From the NCBI GenBank assembly GCA_001189075.1, contig LFCN01000006.1, positions 237,219 to 301,218 of the forward strand: a DNA stretch of 64,000 nt. Direction: 5' to 3'. Under the pieces are notes generated by a model. The model worked only from the letters and a program-made list of their open reading frames with translations. It was not told the origin of the DNA and did no database searches. Below, piece by piece: positions 9,356 through 19,400 of this stretch (positions are counted from its first letter, which is position 1; each line of letters starts with the position of its first letter). The DNA comes from Parcubacteria bacterium C7867-004. GTDB lineage: Bacteria > Patescibacteriota > Minisyncoccia > Phycocordibacterales > Phycocordibacteraceae. Made by a program: the position numbers and the translations under genes.

Positions 9356-9748
9356 ATGCTTACCTACAAATCAACATTCAGCGGGTTCTCGGTAGACGAC
9401 ATCATCAAAGCGAAAGAGTTCTATGGCTCAATGCTCGGTATAGATACGAAAGAGACGGAAGAAGGGCTTGAGCTCCATGTTTCGGGAGATGCGCCCGTAT
9501 TTCTCTACCCGAAGCCCAATCATGCTCCGGCGAGTTATACGGTATTGAACTTCTTAGTAACCGACATCGATGCAGCGGCGGATGAACTTATCGCGGCAGG
9601 TGTCAGTCTTGAAACGTACGATATGGGAAAGATGGGAACTGCGGACGAGAAGGGAATCTATCGCGGCAAAGAGGGAGAGATGGGGCCTACGGCAATAGCG
9701 TGGCTCCTCGATCCGGCAGGGAACATCCTTTCGATCATTCAGGAATAA
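9356..9748 (+). CDS. VOC/glyoxalase family protein
   Basis: ~130 aa with βαβββ-like spacing (GIDTKE...ELHVSGD...YPKPNHAP...). Family called from overall pattern. Confidence 0.6.
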   Translation: MLTYKSTFSGFSVDDIIKAKEFYGSMLGIDTKETEEGLELHVSGDAPVFLYPKPNHAPASYTVLNFLVTDIDAAADELIAAGVSLETYDMGKMGTADEKGIYRGKEGEMGPTAIAWLLDPAGNILSIIQE

Positions 9749-9892
9749 AAGAAGATCGCCCATCGATGGATGGGCGAGTCATGCTGTCAACGGGAGCCAC
9801 CATGGTCAGCCAATATATCGAATCATTTGTTGCTTCATGAAGCATTCACACTGCACAGGGTACAGTTCGTTCATAACCCCTTACATTCATCC

Positions 9893-10210
9893 ATGATCTT
9901 CTTCCTTCTCATTGGCTTCATACTCGGCGCTGCCGTTATTATCTTCGCGCTTCAGAATACTGAGGTCGCATCACTCATGTTCCTCGGCTGGCAGTTCGAA
10001 AGCTCACTCGCGCTCGTGATTCTGCTTGCGATAGCCTCCGGCGTTATCATATCCGCCCTGGTGTCGCTCCCGAGTGCTATCGCCAACGGTATCCGCATGA
10101 TGGCGCTTCGCAAGGAGAATGTGAATCTGCGGAAGGAGCTCGAAGAGACGCAGCGCATCGCGTATCAGGGGACGGTGGTGATCGAGGAACCGACGAGCAT
10201 ATACCAATAG
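9893..10210 (+). CDS. LapA-domain (DUF1049) membrane protein
   Basis: MIFFLLIGFILGAAVIIFALQN...LGWQFE...LVILLAIASGVIIS. Two TM helices followed by a coiled tail, as in LapA/YciS. Confidence 0.6.
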   Translation: MIFFLLIGFILGAAVIIFALQNTEVASLMFLGWQFESSLALVILLAIASGVIISALVSLPSAIANGIRMMALRKENVNLRKELEETQRIAYQGTVVIEEPTSIYQ

Positions 10211-10216
10211 GATACG

Positions 10217-10247
10217 AAAGAAGCCGCGCCCCAGAGGGGCGCGGCTT
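10217..10247. terminator. bidirectional intrinsic terminator
   Basis: GAAGCCGCGCCCCagagGGGCGCGGCTTC perfect hairpin between convergent genes. Confidence 0.6.
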
Positions 10248-10270
10248 CTTCAATCTATAGGGACAAGACT

Positions 10271-10474
10271 CTAGACGCGCGAGACATTCACCGCGTAGGG
10301 GCCTTTCTTGCTCTCGGTCACGTCGAACGTGACCTTGTCACCCTTCTTCAATTCTTTGAAGGTGAGCGACTTGAGAGCATCGGCATGGAAGAAGAGTTGG
10401 TCTTCGATCCCAACCCGGCGAATATAGCCGAAGTTACGGTCGACGAGCTCTACAATAACGCCTTTTTGCAACAT
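10271..10474 (-). CDS. csp: cold-shock protein (CspA family)
   Basis: 67 aa with the RNP1-like GYGFI motif region (NFGYIRR...LFFH). Confidence 0.9.
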   Translation of the reverse strand: MLQKGVIVELVDRNFGYIRRVGIEDQLFFHADALKSLTFKELKKGDKVTFDVTESKKGPYAVNVSRV

Positions 10475-10511
10475 ACGAGTGGAATGAGTGCGGTTAGTAA
10501 TCTGTGCTCCC

Positions 10512-10540
10512 TAACGAAAGCGCGCCCAGAGGGCGCGCTT
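10512..10540. terminator. intrinsic terminator
   Basis: AAGCGCGCCCagagGGCGCGCTTTT. Same CAGAG loop as the 10217 terminator. Confidence 0.6.
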
Positions 10541-10547
10541 TTCGTCG

Positions 10548-10748
10548 TTAGATCTTGCTGACCTGGATAGCGTTTGGTCCCTTCGGGCTCTCACCGACCT
10601 CGAACGTCACCTTGTCGCCGACACGGAGGTCGTCGAAGTGTACGTTAACGAGTTCGTTCGAGTGAAAGAAGAGGTCCTTAGCCATCCCCTCAGCCTTGAT
10701 GAATCCGAATCCCTTGTCGGTAAGACCGGCAATTGTTCCTTCCTGCAT
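10548..10748 (-). CDS. csp: cold-shock protein (CspA family)
   Basis: MQEGTIAGLTDKGFGFIKAEG...LFFH. A second tandem csp paralog with a long 5' leader. Confidence 0.9.
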   Translation of the reverse strand: MQEGTIAGLTDKGFGFIKAEGMAKDLFFHSNELVNVHFDDLRVGDKVTFEVGESPKGPNAIQVSKI

Positions 10749-10940
10749 ACAATTTTGATACGAGCGATGCACCTGATAACAATCAAGTGCAGGAGGCTGG
10801 CATTGGAAACTCGACGCGACTTCCGTTCGACAGCACTGCGATTTGATAAGTCAAATCTACCATGAATGATTTTTTCTGTCAATCATTCGTGCTTCTGTCG
10901 ATTGACGTTCCGTAGTAGCTCGGCTACGGTTCAAGTACTC

Positions 10941-11153
10941 ATGAAAGAGTCCATTACCAACACCGTCTACCAGCACCGGAGCGTGCGCGGCGTAACACAG
11001 GAGGAATTCGCCGACGCGGTCGGCGTGAGTCGCCAGACCGTGATAGCGATCGAGAAGGGGAACTACGCTCCATCGGTCGCGCTCGCGCTGCGCATCGCCC
11101 GCTATTTCAAGGTGCCGGTAGAGACGCTATTCTCACTACGTCATCATGCATAA
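10941..11153 (+). CDS. XRE-family HTH transcriptional regulator
   Basis: VRGVTQEEFADAVGVSRQTVIAIEKG is a classic Cro/C1-type HTH. Confidence 0.8.
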   Translation: MKESITNTVYQHRSVRGVTQEEFADAVGVSRQTVIAIEKGNYAPSVALALRIARYFKVPVETLFSLRHHA

Positions 11154-11508
11154 CGCCTATCTCGAAGGAGCGACCGTGCTCGCGCTTGCGGGCCTCTCGC
11201 TCGTACTGCTCGATCCGTTCCATATCTGGATGCCGGACATGGCGTACATGATTGTGCTCTGCTGCCTGGTAGCAGCATTCGGCGCGTTCGCGGCGTTCGT
11301 GCTCTGCGAGCGGGCAGGCGACGAGCGGGAAGATGCGCACCGGATGCTTTCAGGCCGCATGGCCTTCCTAGCCGGAAGCGGAGTGCTGGTTGCGGGCATC
11401 GTGCTTCAGGGTCTTACGGGACCGATCGATCCGTGGCTCATTTATGCGCTTTGCGCGATGGTATTCGCGAAGCTGGCGGCACGCGCTTATAGCGATCGGC
11501 TGGGGTAG
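11146..11508 (+). CDS. membrane protein (partner of XRE regulator)
   Basis: Overlaps the XRE gene by 8 nt. Three or four hydrophobic helices. Confidence 0.5.
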   Translation: MHNAYLEGATVLALAGLSLVLLDPFHIWMPDMAYMIVLCCLVAAFGAFAAFVLCERAGDEREDAHRMLSGRMAFLAGSGVLVAGIVLQGLTGPIDPWLIYALCAMVFAKLAARAYSDRLG

Positions 11509-11523
11509 GTGGGGATAACGAAT

Positions 11524-11544
11524 GTAAAGCAGGCTTTACATCGA
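11524..11544. promoter_or_regulatory. perfect 9-bp inverted repeat (candidate operator)
   Basis: ATGTAAAGCaggCTTTACAT sits ~50 nt upstream of the Met-rich gene. A second IR, CTTAGGGgaatacCCCTAAG, lies at 11561..11579. Confidence 0.35.
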
Positions 11545-11592
11545 GTACGGGAGCTCTATACTTAGGGAATACCCCTAAGTACTATTCATTCC

Positions 11593-11901
11593 ATGGATTC
11601 AGATATGCAGAGCAAGTCGCACGTTATTCCCGTAGTTATCGGTATCATCGTTCTTGTACTCATCGGCGGTGTCGCGTACGCCATGATGAATAAGGAGGCG
11701 ATGATGATGGAGAAGAAGGACGCCATGATGGAGGAGAAGAAGATGGAAGGCGAGGGAAAGATGATGGAAGAGAACAAGATGATGGAGAACGGATCTTCCT
11801 CGGACACTATGATGAAGGGCGAGACGATGATGAAAGCCGATGATTCAGGAATGATGATGAAGGCTGAGTCAGGTGCGATGATGGACACCCCGACGAACTA
11901 A
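11593..11901 (+). CDS. membrane-anchored methionine-rich low-complexity protein
   Basis: One TM helix, then ~70 residues containing ~28 Met in MMxxKK / MMEE repeats. Confidence 0.6.
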   Translation: MDSDMQSKSHVIPVVIGIIVLVLIGGVAYAMMNKEAMMMEKKDAMMEEKKMEGEGKMMEENKMMENGSSSDTMMKGETMMKADDSGMMMKAESGAMMDTPTN

Positions 11902-11906
11902 GCTCG

Positions 11907-12617
11907 ATGGATACGATCTTCCTCGCAACCGCATTCCTGGCCGGCGTGGTCAGCTTCCTTGCGCCCTGTGTGCTCCCGATCATACCGGGATTCCTCGCGT
12001 ATCTCGCAGGATCGACATCTGCGGATTCCCCGAATCGGCGCCGTGACATATTCGTGAACAGCGTGTTCTTCGTTCTCGGATTCTCGGTGGTATTCGCGCT
12101 GCTCGGTATCTTGCTCCAGACGGTGCTTGCGAGCATCGGCGGGGAGGTGCAGAGCGGGCTCTCGAAACTCGGCGGGCTCGTGATCATCTTCTTCGGTCTC
12201 TATCTCACGGGATTGATCAAGATTGCGTTCCTTGAGCGGGATCATAAGGTGCTCGTGAAGAAGAAGTTCTCCTCGCGGTACCTGACCTCGTTCGTGTTCG
12301 GAACGGCATTCGCGGTGGGATGGACGCCATGCGCGGGCGCAGTACTCGGCAGCATCCTCGGACTCGCGGCGTCAGCCCCGGTCTCCGCGTTCTTCCTGCT
12401 GCTCTCCTATGCGCTCGGACTCGGCATGCCGTTCCTGCTAGTCGGCCTCTTCACGGCGCAGGCGACGCGGTTCATCGACCGATACGCAGGCGCGTTCGTG
12501 TACGTGAACAAGCTGTTCGGTGTGGTCCTGGTGCTACTCGGCATCCTCGTGTTCACCGAGAGCCTCTCGCTCGTGGGCAACTTCGACTTCGTGAATTCCT
12601 TTATTCTTAGCCGCTAG
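11907..12617 (+). CDS. ccdA: cytochrome c-type biogenesis / thiol-disulfide transporter CcdA (DsbD family)
   Basis: N-terminal LAPCVLP Cys, a second ...GWTPCAG Cys, and ~6 TM helices, typical of CcdA. Confidence 0.85.
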   Translation: MDTIFLATAFLAGVVSFLAPCVLPIIPGFLAYLAGSTSADSPNRRRDIFVNSVFFVLGFSVVFALLGILLQTVLASIGGEVQSGLSKLGGLVIIFFGLYLTGLIKIAFLERDHKVLVKKKFSSRYLTSFVFGTAFAVGWTPCAGAVLGSILGLAASAPVSAFFLLLSYALGLGMPFLLVGLFTAQATRFIDRYAGAFVYVNKLFGVVLVLLGILVFTESLSLVGNFDFVNSFILSR

Positions 12618-12620
12618 CTT

Positions 12621-13733
12621 ATGACTGTACGGAATGCCGTAACACTCGCCATCGTCATCGCACTCATTGCGGGCGCGATTTGGTACCTGGAGTCGCTGAA
12701 GCCGAAGACCGTGAGCGTCGATAGGAACGAGAACAGTGTCGAGCACGCGACCACTACCGAGACCGCCGACTACGCGGTCCGGGTAAAGAACTTTCCTCTC
12801 GCGCAGGAACTCGTCGCTCCCGACGGATACCTCAACACCGGCGACAAGCCGATAACCATCGCATCACTTGTCGGGAAGAAGGTCATTCTCGTCGACTTCT
12901 GGACGTACAGCTGTATCAACTGCCAGCGCACGCAGCCATATCTGAACGCCTGGTACGAGAAGTACGCGGACGAAGGTCTCGAGATAATCGGAGTGCATAC
13001 GCCGGAGTTCGACTTCGAGAAGGTGAAGGAGAACGTCGCGCAAGCGGTGGCGAGAGATGGGATAAAGTACCCGGTCGTGCAGGATAATGCGTACGCTACC
13101 TGGAACGCGTATCAGAACCGTTTCTGGCCTCATAAGTACTTGATCGATATCAACGGCCTCATCGTCTATGACCACATCGGCGAAGGCGCGTACGACGAGA
13201 CCGAGCGTGAGATTCAGAAAGCCCTTGCCGAACGCAAGCAGGTCCTGGGGGAAGCAGGCTCAATATCGACGGGTATCGTGGCGCCGAGCGAAACCCCGCG
13301 AGCGGGAAGCGCCGAGACGTACTTCGGGTACGATCGTAACGAATTCCTTGGAAACGGCCGCGCGGGGTCGGCGGGCATGCAGACGCTTACTCGTCCAGAA
13401 AAGGTATTACCGAACGTGCTGTACATGACCGGTGCCTGGAACTTCACGAAAGAGTACGCGGAGAGCGCAAGCGCTTCTTCGATTATCTATTCGTATGACG
13501 CGAAGCAGGTGTTCTTCGTCGCTGAAAGCACAGAAGGTACTACCATAACAGTCTTGCGCGACGGAGTGCCCGTAGCAGCTGAGAAAGGAGCTGATGTAGA
13601 CGCCTCAGGAAGGGTGCTTGTGAAGGAGGCACGCCTCTACAAGCTCATCAATGAGAAAGAGCGCGGCACGCACACTATCGAGATCAAGGTAGAGGGGGCA
13701 GGTCTCAAGGCCTTCACCTTCACGTTCGGCTAA
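12621..13733 (+). CDS. TlpA/ResA-like thiol-disulfide oxidoreductase with extra C-terminal domain
   Basis: TM anchor. WTYSCINCQ is a CxxC thioredoxin fold (ILVDFWTYSCINC...GVHTPEF). ~170-aa β-rich C-terminal extension. Confidence 0.8.
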   Translation: MTVRNAVTLAIVIALIAGAIWYLESLKPKTVSVDRNENSVEHATTTETADYAVRVKNFPLAQELVAPDGYLNTGDKPITIASLVGKKVILVDFWTYSCINCQRTQPYLNAWYEKYADEGLEIIGVHTPEFDFEKVKENVAQAVARDGIKYPVVQDNAYATWNAYQNRFWPHKYLIDINGLIVYDHIGEGAYDETEREIQKALAERKQVLGEAGSISTGIVAPSETPRAGSAETYFGYDRNEFLGNGRAGSAGMQTLTRPEKVLPNVLYMTGAWNFTKEYAESASASSIIYSYDAKQVFFVAESTEGTTITVLRDGVPVAAEKGADVDASGRVLVKEARLYKLINEKERGTHTIEIKVEGAGLKAFTFTFG

Positions 13734-13756
13734 TAGCCAGGATGTAGAATGGAGCT

Positions 13757-14374
13757 ATGGAAACCTCACTCACCGTACTGGTGCTGAACGCGTCGCTTAA
13801 GAAAGGAGGAGCGCCTTCGAATACTGAAGAGGTAGCAAACCTCGTACTCGAGCAGATGAAGAAGTATGGGCCTATCGAGAGCGAGATGCTGCGTCTTGCC
13901 GACATGGATATTCCGGTCGGTCTCGGGTATCGCGAGAGCGAGACCGATGAGTGGCCTATGGTCGTTGAGAAGATACAGAAGGCCGATGTCGTTATCTTTG
14001 CTACACCGATATGGTGGGGCGGGCGATCGAGCCTGATGCAGCGCGCAATCGAGCGCATGGACGCCTTCGATGAGGGTACCGTTCCAGGAGGACGCGGCGC
14101 GCTCCTTAATAAGGTAGCGGGCATCGTTATAACGGGAAGCGAGGACGGCGCGCAGGCGGTTATGGCCGGGCTCATGGAAGTGCTCTCATTCATGAACTTC
14201 ACGCTCCCGCCGCAGTGCTGCACGTACTGGGTCGGCGAGACGGGACTTGATCCTAAGACCGATGCGGAGCGCAGACGGGCGAATCCCGTCGTCCAGCATA
14301 TGGCGGAAGCGACCGGCAAGAACCTTTCCTATTACGCTCGTCTCCTCAAGGAGCATCCGCAGTCGACTTCCTAG
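13757..14374 (+). CDS. NADPH-dependent FMN reductase / flavodoxin-like fold protein
   Basis: LVLNASLKKGG...VVIFATPIWWGG flavodoxin-like motif. Confidence 0.7.
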   Translation: METSLTVLVLNASLKKGGAPSNTEEVANLVLEQMKKYGPIESEMLRLADMDIPVGLGYRESETDEWPMVVEKIQKADVVIFATPIWWGGRSSLMQRAIERMDAFDEGTVPGGRGALLNKVAGIVITGSEDGAQAVMAGLMEVLSFMNFTLPPQCCTYWVGETGLDPKTDAERRRANPVVQHMAEATGKNLSYYARLLKEHPQSTS

Positions 14375-14397
14375 GGTGCCCTGGTATCCTTATCCCT

Positions 14398-14874
14398 ATG
14401 GAAAAGAACCACATCATCGCGGCGGTGCTGTTCGTTATAGTCGGTATCGGCATACTCGCGCTCGTGCCCCCTCCACAATCAGTCATGGTAGAGCAGGGAA
14501 CACCTGCTGATACGAGCGTACTTATAGGTACGTTCGAAGGCACCACGCCTTGCGCTGACTGTCCCGGCATCAAGACCGAGCTCACGCTCGTCAAGGACGC
14601 CCCGGACGCCATGGGTGGAACTTATCGGCTCTCGATGACGTACCTCGAGCGGGACGTCGAGCCGTACGTTACGGCAGGAACCTGGATGTTCGTAGAGGGA
14701 ACCGCAACCGACCCGAACGCAACCGTCATTGCACTCGATGCGGACAAGCCGGATCAGCAGCAGAAGTATCAGGTAACGAGCGAGACAACCGTCCGCATGC
14801 TCGACAAGGACGGAAAGACGATTGATTCTTCGCTTCCGTTCGATCTGACGCTCCGCACCGAGACCGGAAGCTAA
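14398..14874 (+). CDS. NlpE N-terminal domain (YbaY-like) protein
   Basis: TM/signal region, then GTFEGTTPCADCPGIKTELTL...GTYRLSMTY fits the NlpE_N CxxC β-barrel. Confidence 0.6.
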   Translation: MEKNHIIAAVLFVIVGIGILALVPPPQSVMVEQGTPADTSVLIGTFEGTTPCADCPGIKTELTLVKDAPDAMGGTYRLSMTYLERDVEPYVTAGTWMFVEGTATDPNATVIALDADKPDQQQKYQVTSETTVRMLDKDGKTIDSSLPFDLTLRTETGS

Positions 14875-15350
14875 GCGAATTTCAGCATCTTGGCCCGGAT
14901 CTCCTGCAGGGATTTCTGGTAACGAGTATCGCTCGGATTCCTCTTATAGTTGATCTGACGAATCGCTACAGTATAGGATTTCCCGACCTTGCCGCGCATC
15001 TCGACACGGATGCGGAATGTGGACGTGAGACCTTTAGGAATCTTCGCGTAGACAATCGTTCCGAGCGTTATCTGCGCTATCCCGTCTCCTTCGCATGAGA
15101 TAGCGGTGGTCGAGATGAGACCCGGGACGGTCCCTTCGATTTGGTATACGAAACCGGTCGGTTTCTTTCCGGACGCTATTGAGACCGGGATATAGATATC
15201 TTCCGTAGGAGCGGTTATATCTAGTATGAACGAGAACTTGCCGATAACCGGGTCCGGTCCGTCAGGAACATAGGTCCTTCTGAAGCTTCGTTTTATATCT
15301 TGAACGTCGACGAGCAGGTTTGCGCTCGGTGTTGTCACCGGATTGCTCAT
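14871..15350 (-). CDS. hypothetical protein
   Basis: 159-aa ORF with a 4-nt overlap onto the convergent neighbour. No motifs. Confidence 0.45.
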   Translation of the reverse strand: MSNPVTTPSANLLVDVQDIKRSFRRTYVPDGPDPVIGKFSFILDITAPTEDIYIPVSIASGKKPTGFVYQIEGTVPGLISTTAISCEGDGIAQITLGTIVYAKIPKGLTSTFRIRVEMRGKVGKSYTVAIRQINYKRNPSDTRYQKSLQEIRAKMLKFA

Positions 15351-15464
15351 AGGTGGTGCAGGTACTCGTAATAGGAAAAATATAACAAGACAAGATGCCG
15401 GAAACCTCTCTTTTCCCCGTACGCCGCATTTGCAATTCAGTTCAATGGCGCTACTATCCGCATC

Positions 15465-16382
15465 ATGAAATACCTCGCCCTACTTATACTCGCAATCCTA
15501 TTCGTTCCTCAGTCAGCCCTGGCGGCGGTGACCAAGCCAACTGCTACGACCTCAACCATCTCAGCAGATACCAACTGGTCCTTCAATCGGCTCGGTAAGG
15601 GGATCAATGTAGGGAGCCAGATTGAGAAACAGGTTGAATATACCGAGGACGAGCTCGTAAACGCATATCGCTATAAGAAGGGAAAGCTTGCGAATCACGA
15701 GCAATACAGCAGCGGCGTTAAAGTCGACAAGAACGATCTTGCAGTCTGGAATATTTTCGAGGGTATCTCGGGAAAGGCGTTCGCCGAGAAGTACGTATAC
15801 GCTCTTCTCACCTATAAGGAACCCCAAAGTGCCTATCTCGCGTACGTACAGACTCTGGCATCGAAGGATAAGTCCTGGCAGCTGAGCGTTAACGTGAATG
15901 CAGTTGATCTGAATAACAAGAAGTGGACGCGGGACATGGCTATCACGCTCGTGCACGAATACGCCCACATCCTCACCCTGAACAATGCACAGATGAAGAA
16001 GGGTAAGGGACTTGAGGCCTCATGTCTGAAAGTGGGAGATACGTTCTGGGTAGCCCGGTACGGCTGCACTAAAGAAGATTCCTATCTTGGCATGTTCGTA
16101 AAGGCATTCTGGACTCCGGCAGACATTATGGCCTATCGTGCCGCACAGAAGAAAGGCGATGAGGCGGGACTCTACAAGGGACAGAACGAAGCATTTGTGA
16201 CTCCGTATGCCGCGACAAGTCCGGTCGAGGACATTGCCGAGTCCTTCACCGACTTCGTGCTCCAGCAGAAGCCGGTGGGCACTACCTCGATACGGGATAA
16301 GAAGATCCACTTCTTCTATCAGTACCCGGAGCTGGTGAAGATGAGGACCCAGATTCGGGCCTCGATATCGAAGTACTTCTAG
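15465..16382 (+). CDS. secreted putative zinc metallopeptidase
   Basis: Signal peptide. HExxH in ITLVHEYAHIL. Downstream DIAESF. Confidence 0.55.
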   Translation: MKYLALLILAILFVPQSALAAVTKPTATTSTISADTNWSFNRLGKGINVGSQIEKQVEYTEDELVNAYRYKKGKLANHEQYSSGVKVDKNDLAVWNIFEGISGKAFAEKYVYALLTYKEPQSAYLAYVQTLASKDKSWQLSVNVNAVDLNNKKWTRDMAITLVHEYAHILTLNNAQMKKGKGLEASCLKVGDTFWVARYGCTKEDSYLGMFVKAFWTPADIMAYRAAQKKGDEAGLYKGQNEAFVTPYAATSPVEDIAESFTDFVLQQKPVGTTSIRDKKIHFFYQYPELVKMRTQIRASISKYF

Positions 16383-16389
16383 TAATAAG

Positions 16390-16435
16390 AACAAATGAAA
16401 CGGCCCGCATTGCGGGCCGTTTCATTTGTTCTATA
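16390..16435. terminator. bidirectional intrinsic terminator
   Basis: GAACAAATGAAACGGCCCGCattGCGGGCCGTTTCATTTGTTC long perfect hairpin between convergent genes. Confidence 0.7.
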
Positions 16436-19400
16436 GCTCCTTGTATCGCTCGCGAACGTCTTTGCCTGGCCAGCGGTGATAGAGGACCGGTATGAGCACC
16501 AGGGTGAGCACCATGGAGAACGCGAGACCGAACATGATCGCGAAGGCGAGCGGGCCCCATATCGCCGAGGCGAAGGAGAGAGGGATCATACCGACAACGG
16601 TAACAACCGTAGTAAGAACGATAGGGCGGAAGCGCGAGCTTGCCGCTGCTACAACCACGTCGGTCAGCGACTGATCGGGATTCTGGCGACCGATGCGCGC
16701 TACCGAGTCCATGAGGATGATCGCGTGGTTTATGATCACGCCGGCTAGCGCGATGACGCCGAGCATCGAGGTAAGCGAGAGTGGGGAACCGGTGAGCATG
16801 AGGCCGATGAACACGCCGATGAGCGAGAACGGGATGATGGAAAGGAGGTAGAGGGAATGGCGGAACGAGTTGAACTCAAGCACGAGGATGGCGAGCATGA
16901 GCGCCGCGCCTCCGACGAGCGCGAGGATAAGCTCAAGGAATGACTTGTTAACGTCCTCGCTTTCGCCGCCCTGCTTCACCACAACGCCCTCTGGAAGCTG
17001 GATGTTTTTCATCTGCTTCTGGAACTCGTTCGTGATCTGAATAGGGTTCCCGCCCTTAGCCGCTTCTGCGGAAAGGGTAGCGATACGCTCGCCGTCCTCG
17101 TGACGGATAACGGTATTTGCAGGCTCGTATGAAATAGTCGCGATCGAGCTCAGCGGCACGGGGCCGTTGATGCCGTTCACGGTCAGGCTGCGAACCGCGT
17201 CGATGGTGGTCTCGTTGGTCTCAGACGGATCACGGTACCCGGGGTTGAGATCGAGCTTGGTGCGGACTTCGATATCGTCATCTCCGGTGCGGATGCTGGT
17301 GGCTTCGGTACCGTAAAGCGCAGTACGAAGCAGATCGGCAACCGCAAGCGTCGAGACGCCGAGCTCGCTCGCTTTGGCGGTGTCGAGATTAACGACGAAC
17401 TCGGCGCTGTCGTCCTTGGTCGAGGTGGTGATGTTGGTGGTACCGGGAATGTCGGCGAGGATGCGTTCCGCCTGAGCAACCGCAGTCGCGAGCGCGCCCA
17501 GGTCGTCTCCCGAGAAGGTGGTCGAGACCGCAGCTCCTGACGGAGGACCGCCTTCAGGTTCGGAGACGGTTACGCGCGCGGACGTAATGGATCCCAGCTC
17601 CGTGCGCAGGTCCTCGACGATTTCGGCGCTGGTCTGCTTGCGCTTCTCCTTCAGGTTCACGCTTATGTTCGCAGCGCGGGATCCGCCGAGACCACTCGCA
17701 GCGAACGAGCTTCCGGCACCTACTTCCGTTACGAATGATGCGATGCGGTCGTCCGCGTACAGAAGCTCCTCGACTTCGCGGACGGCAAGGTCGGTCTCCG
17801 AGAGGGAGGTTCCCTGCGGCTTCTCTATCTCGACGTACACGAGATCGACGTCCTCTCCGGGGAAGAACACTACTTTAACTAAGCCGAGAGCCGGCAGCGT
17901 GAGGACAACGAAGAGAAGAACCGTGATGCCGATAAGGAAGCGGCTCTCTTTTTTGCGGTCGCCGAGAATACCGCGCAGGAACTTCTCGTACCATGCCTTA
18001 GCGCGCTCGTTGTATTCCTCCTGACGTATCTCGAGAGGGGAGAGCGTCGGACGGATGATATACATCGAGAAGAGCGGTACGAATCCGAGCGCGACGAAGA
18101 TGCTCGCGAGCAGCACGAAGATAACGGTGAACGGGATCGACGCGAGGAACTGGCCTACGATACCCGAGAGGAAGAAGAGCGGGACGAATACCGCAATCGT
18201 AGTGAAGGTTCCGGCAAATAGTGGCCACGCATATTCCTTGATGGCGGTCACGGCAGCCTTCTTCTTGTCGCCGTATTCCACGAAGCGGGTGTGGATCGCT
18301 TCCACGATAACGATGCCGGAGTCCACGAGGATACCGATCGCGAGGATCAACGAGAAGAGCGATATGAAGTTGATGGTGTTGCCCGACGCTTGTATGCCGA
18401 TGAACGCGATAAGGAACGAGAGCGGTATGGAAATAGCGGCGGCGATGGATTCGCGCCAGCCGAGCGTGAGGAAGAGCATCAGCATCACGAGCGCCACGGT
18501 CTCAAGTCCCGTGCGGGTGAGCTCGGTGAGGTCATGATTCACGTCCTTGGGCGCGTCGTAGGAGATGACGATCTTGGTTCCGGCGAGCGTCGTAGCCTTG
18601 AGCTCCTCGAGCTTTTCTTTTACCTGGTTTCCGGTGGTGACGACGTTTCCGCCGCGGCTCTTGAATACGCTGATGCCGAGCGCTGGAGCTGAGGGTGCGC
18701 CCTCTACCGAAACTCTGGAATATGTGCGCGCGTCGGCCAGTCCGTTCACCACCTTCGCGACGTCGCGAATGTGAAGGGGCGTGCCGCCGGGGCCGGCAAG
18801 CGCGATGCTTCCCACGCGATCAGGATCAGAGAGACCTGCCTCGAGACGGACTGCGTAGGAGATGTCGTTTACCGTTATCGAACCGAGAGGGGAGGCGAGT
18901 CCCGAGGAGCGAATGGCGTTCGTGACGTCGGAGAGCGAAAGGTTGTACTGACGGAGCTTCGATTGCTCGACGATAACGCTCACTTCGCGCTCGCGGACGC
19001 CCGAGAGCGCTACCTCGGACACGCCCGGAATGCGTTCGAGTTCGTCCTTTACGGTCTCTCCGAGCGCGGTTAGTTCAGCAGGCGCAAGCTCGCCCGAGAT
19101 AGACGCGATGATGATCGGCTGGTCGGCGAAGTTAACGTCGGATACGGACGGATCTTCGGCTTCTCCGGGAAGCTCGGGGCGCACCTTCTCTACCTCGTCT
19201 TTGAGGAGCTGTATGGACTTATCGATATCAGCGGACGCATTGAACTCGACGGTCACGTTCGATACGCCGTCGCCTGAGGTCGAGGTTACTTTCGAGACGT
19301 TCTCGATGCCGAGCACGCGATCCTCGACCTTATCGGTTATGAGTCGCTCAACGTCCTCGCTCGAGGCGCCGGGAAGCACCGTCGTTACGATGCCGACCGG

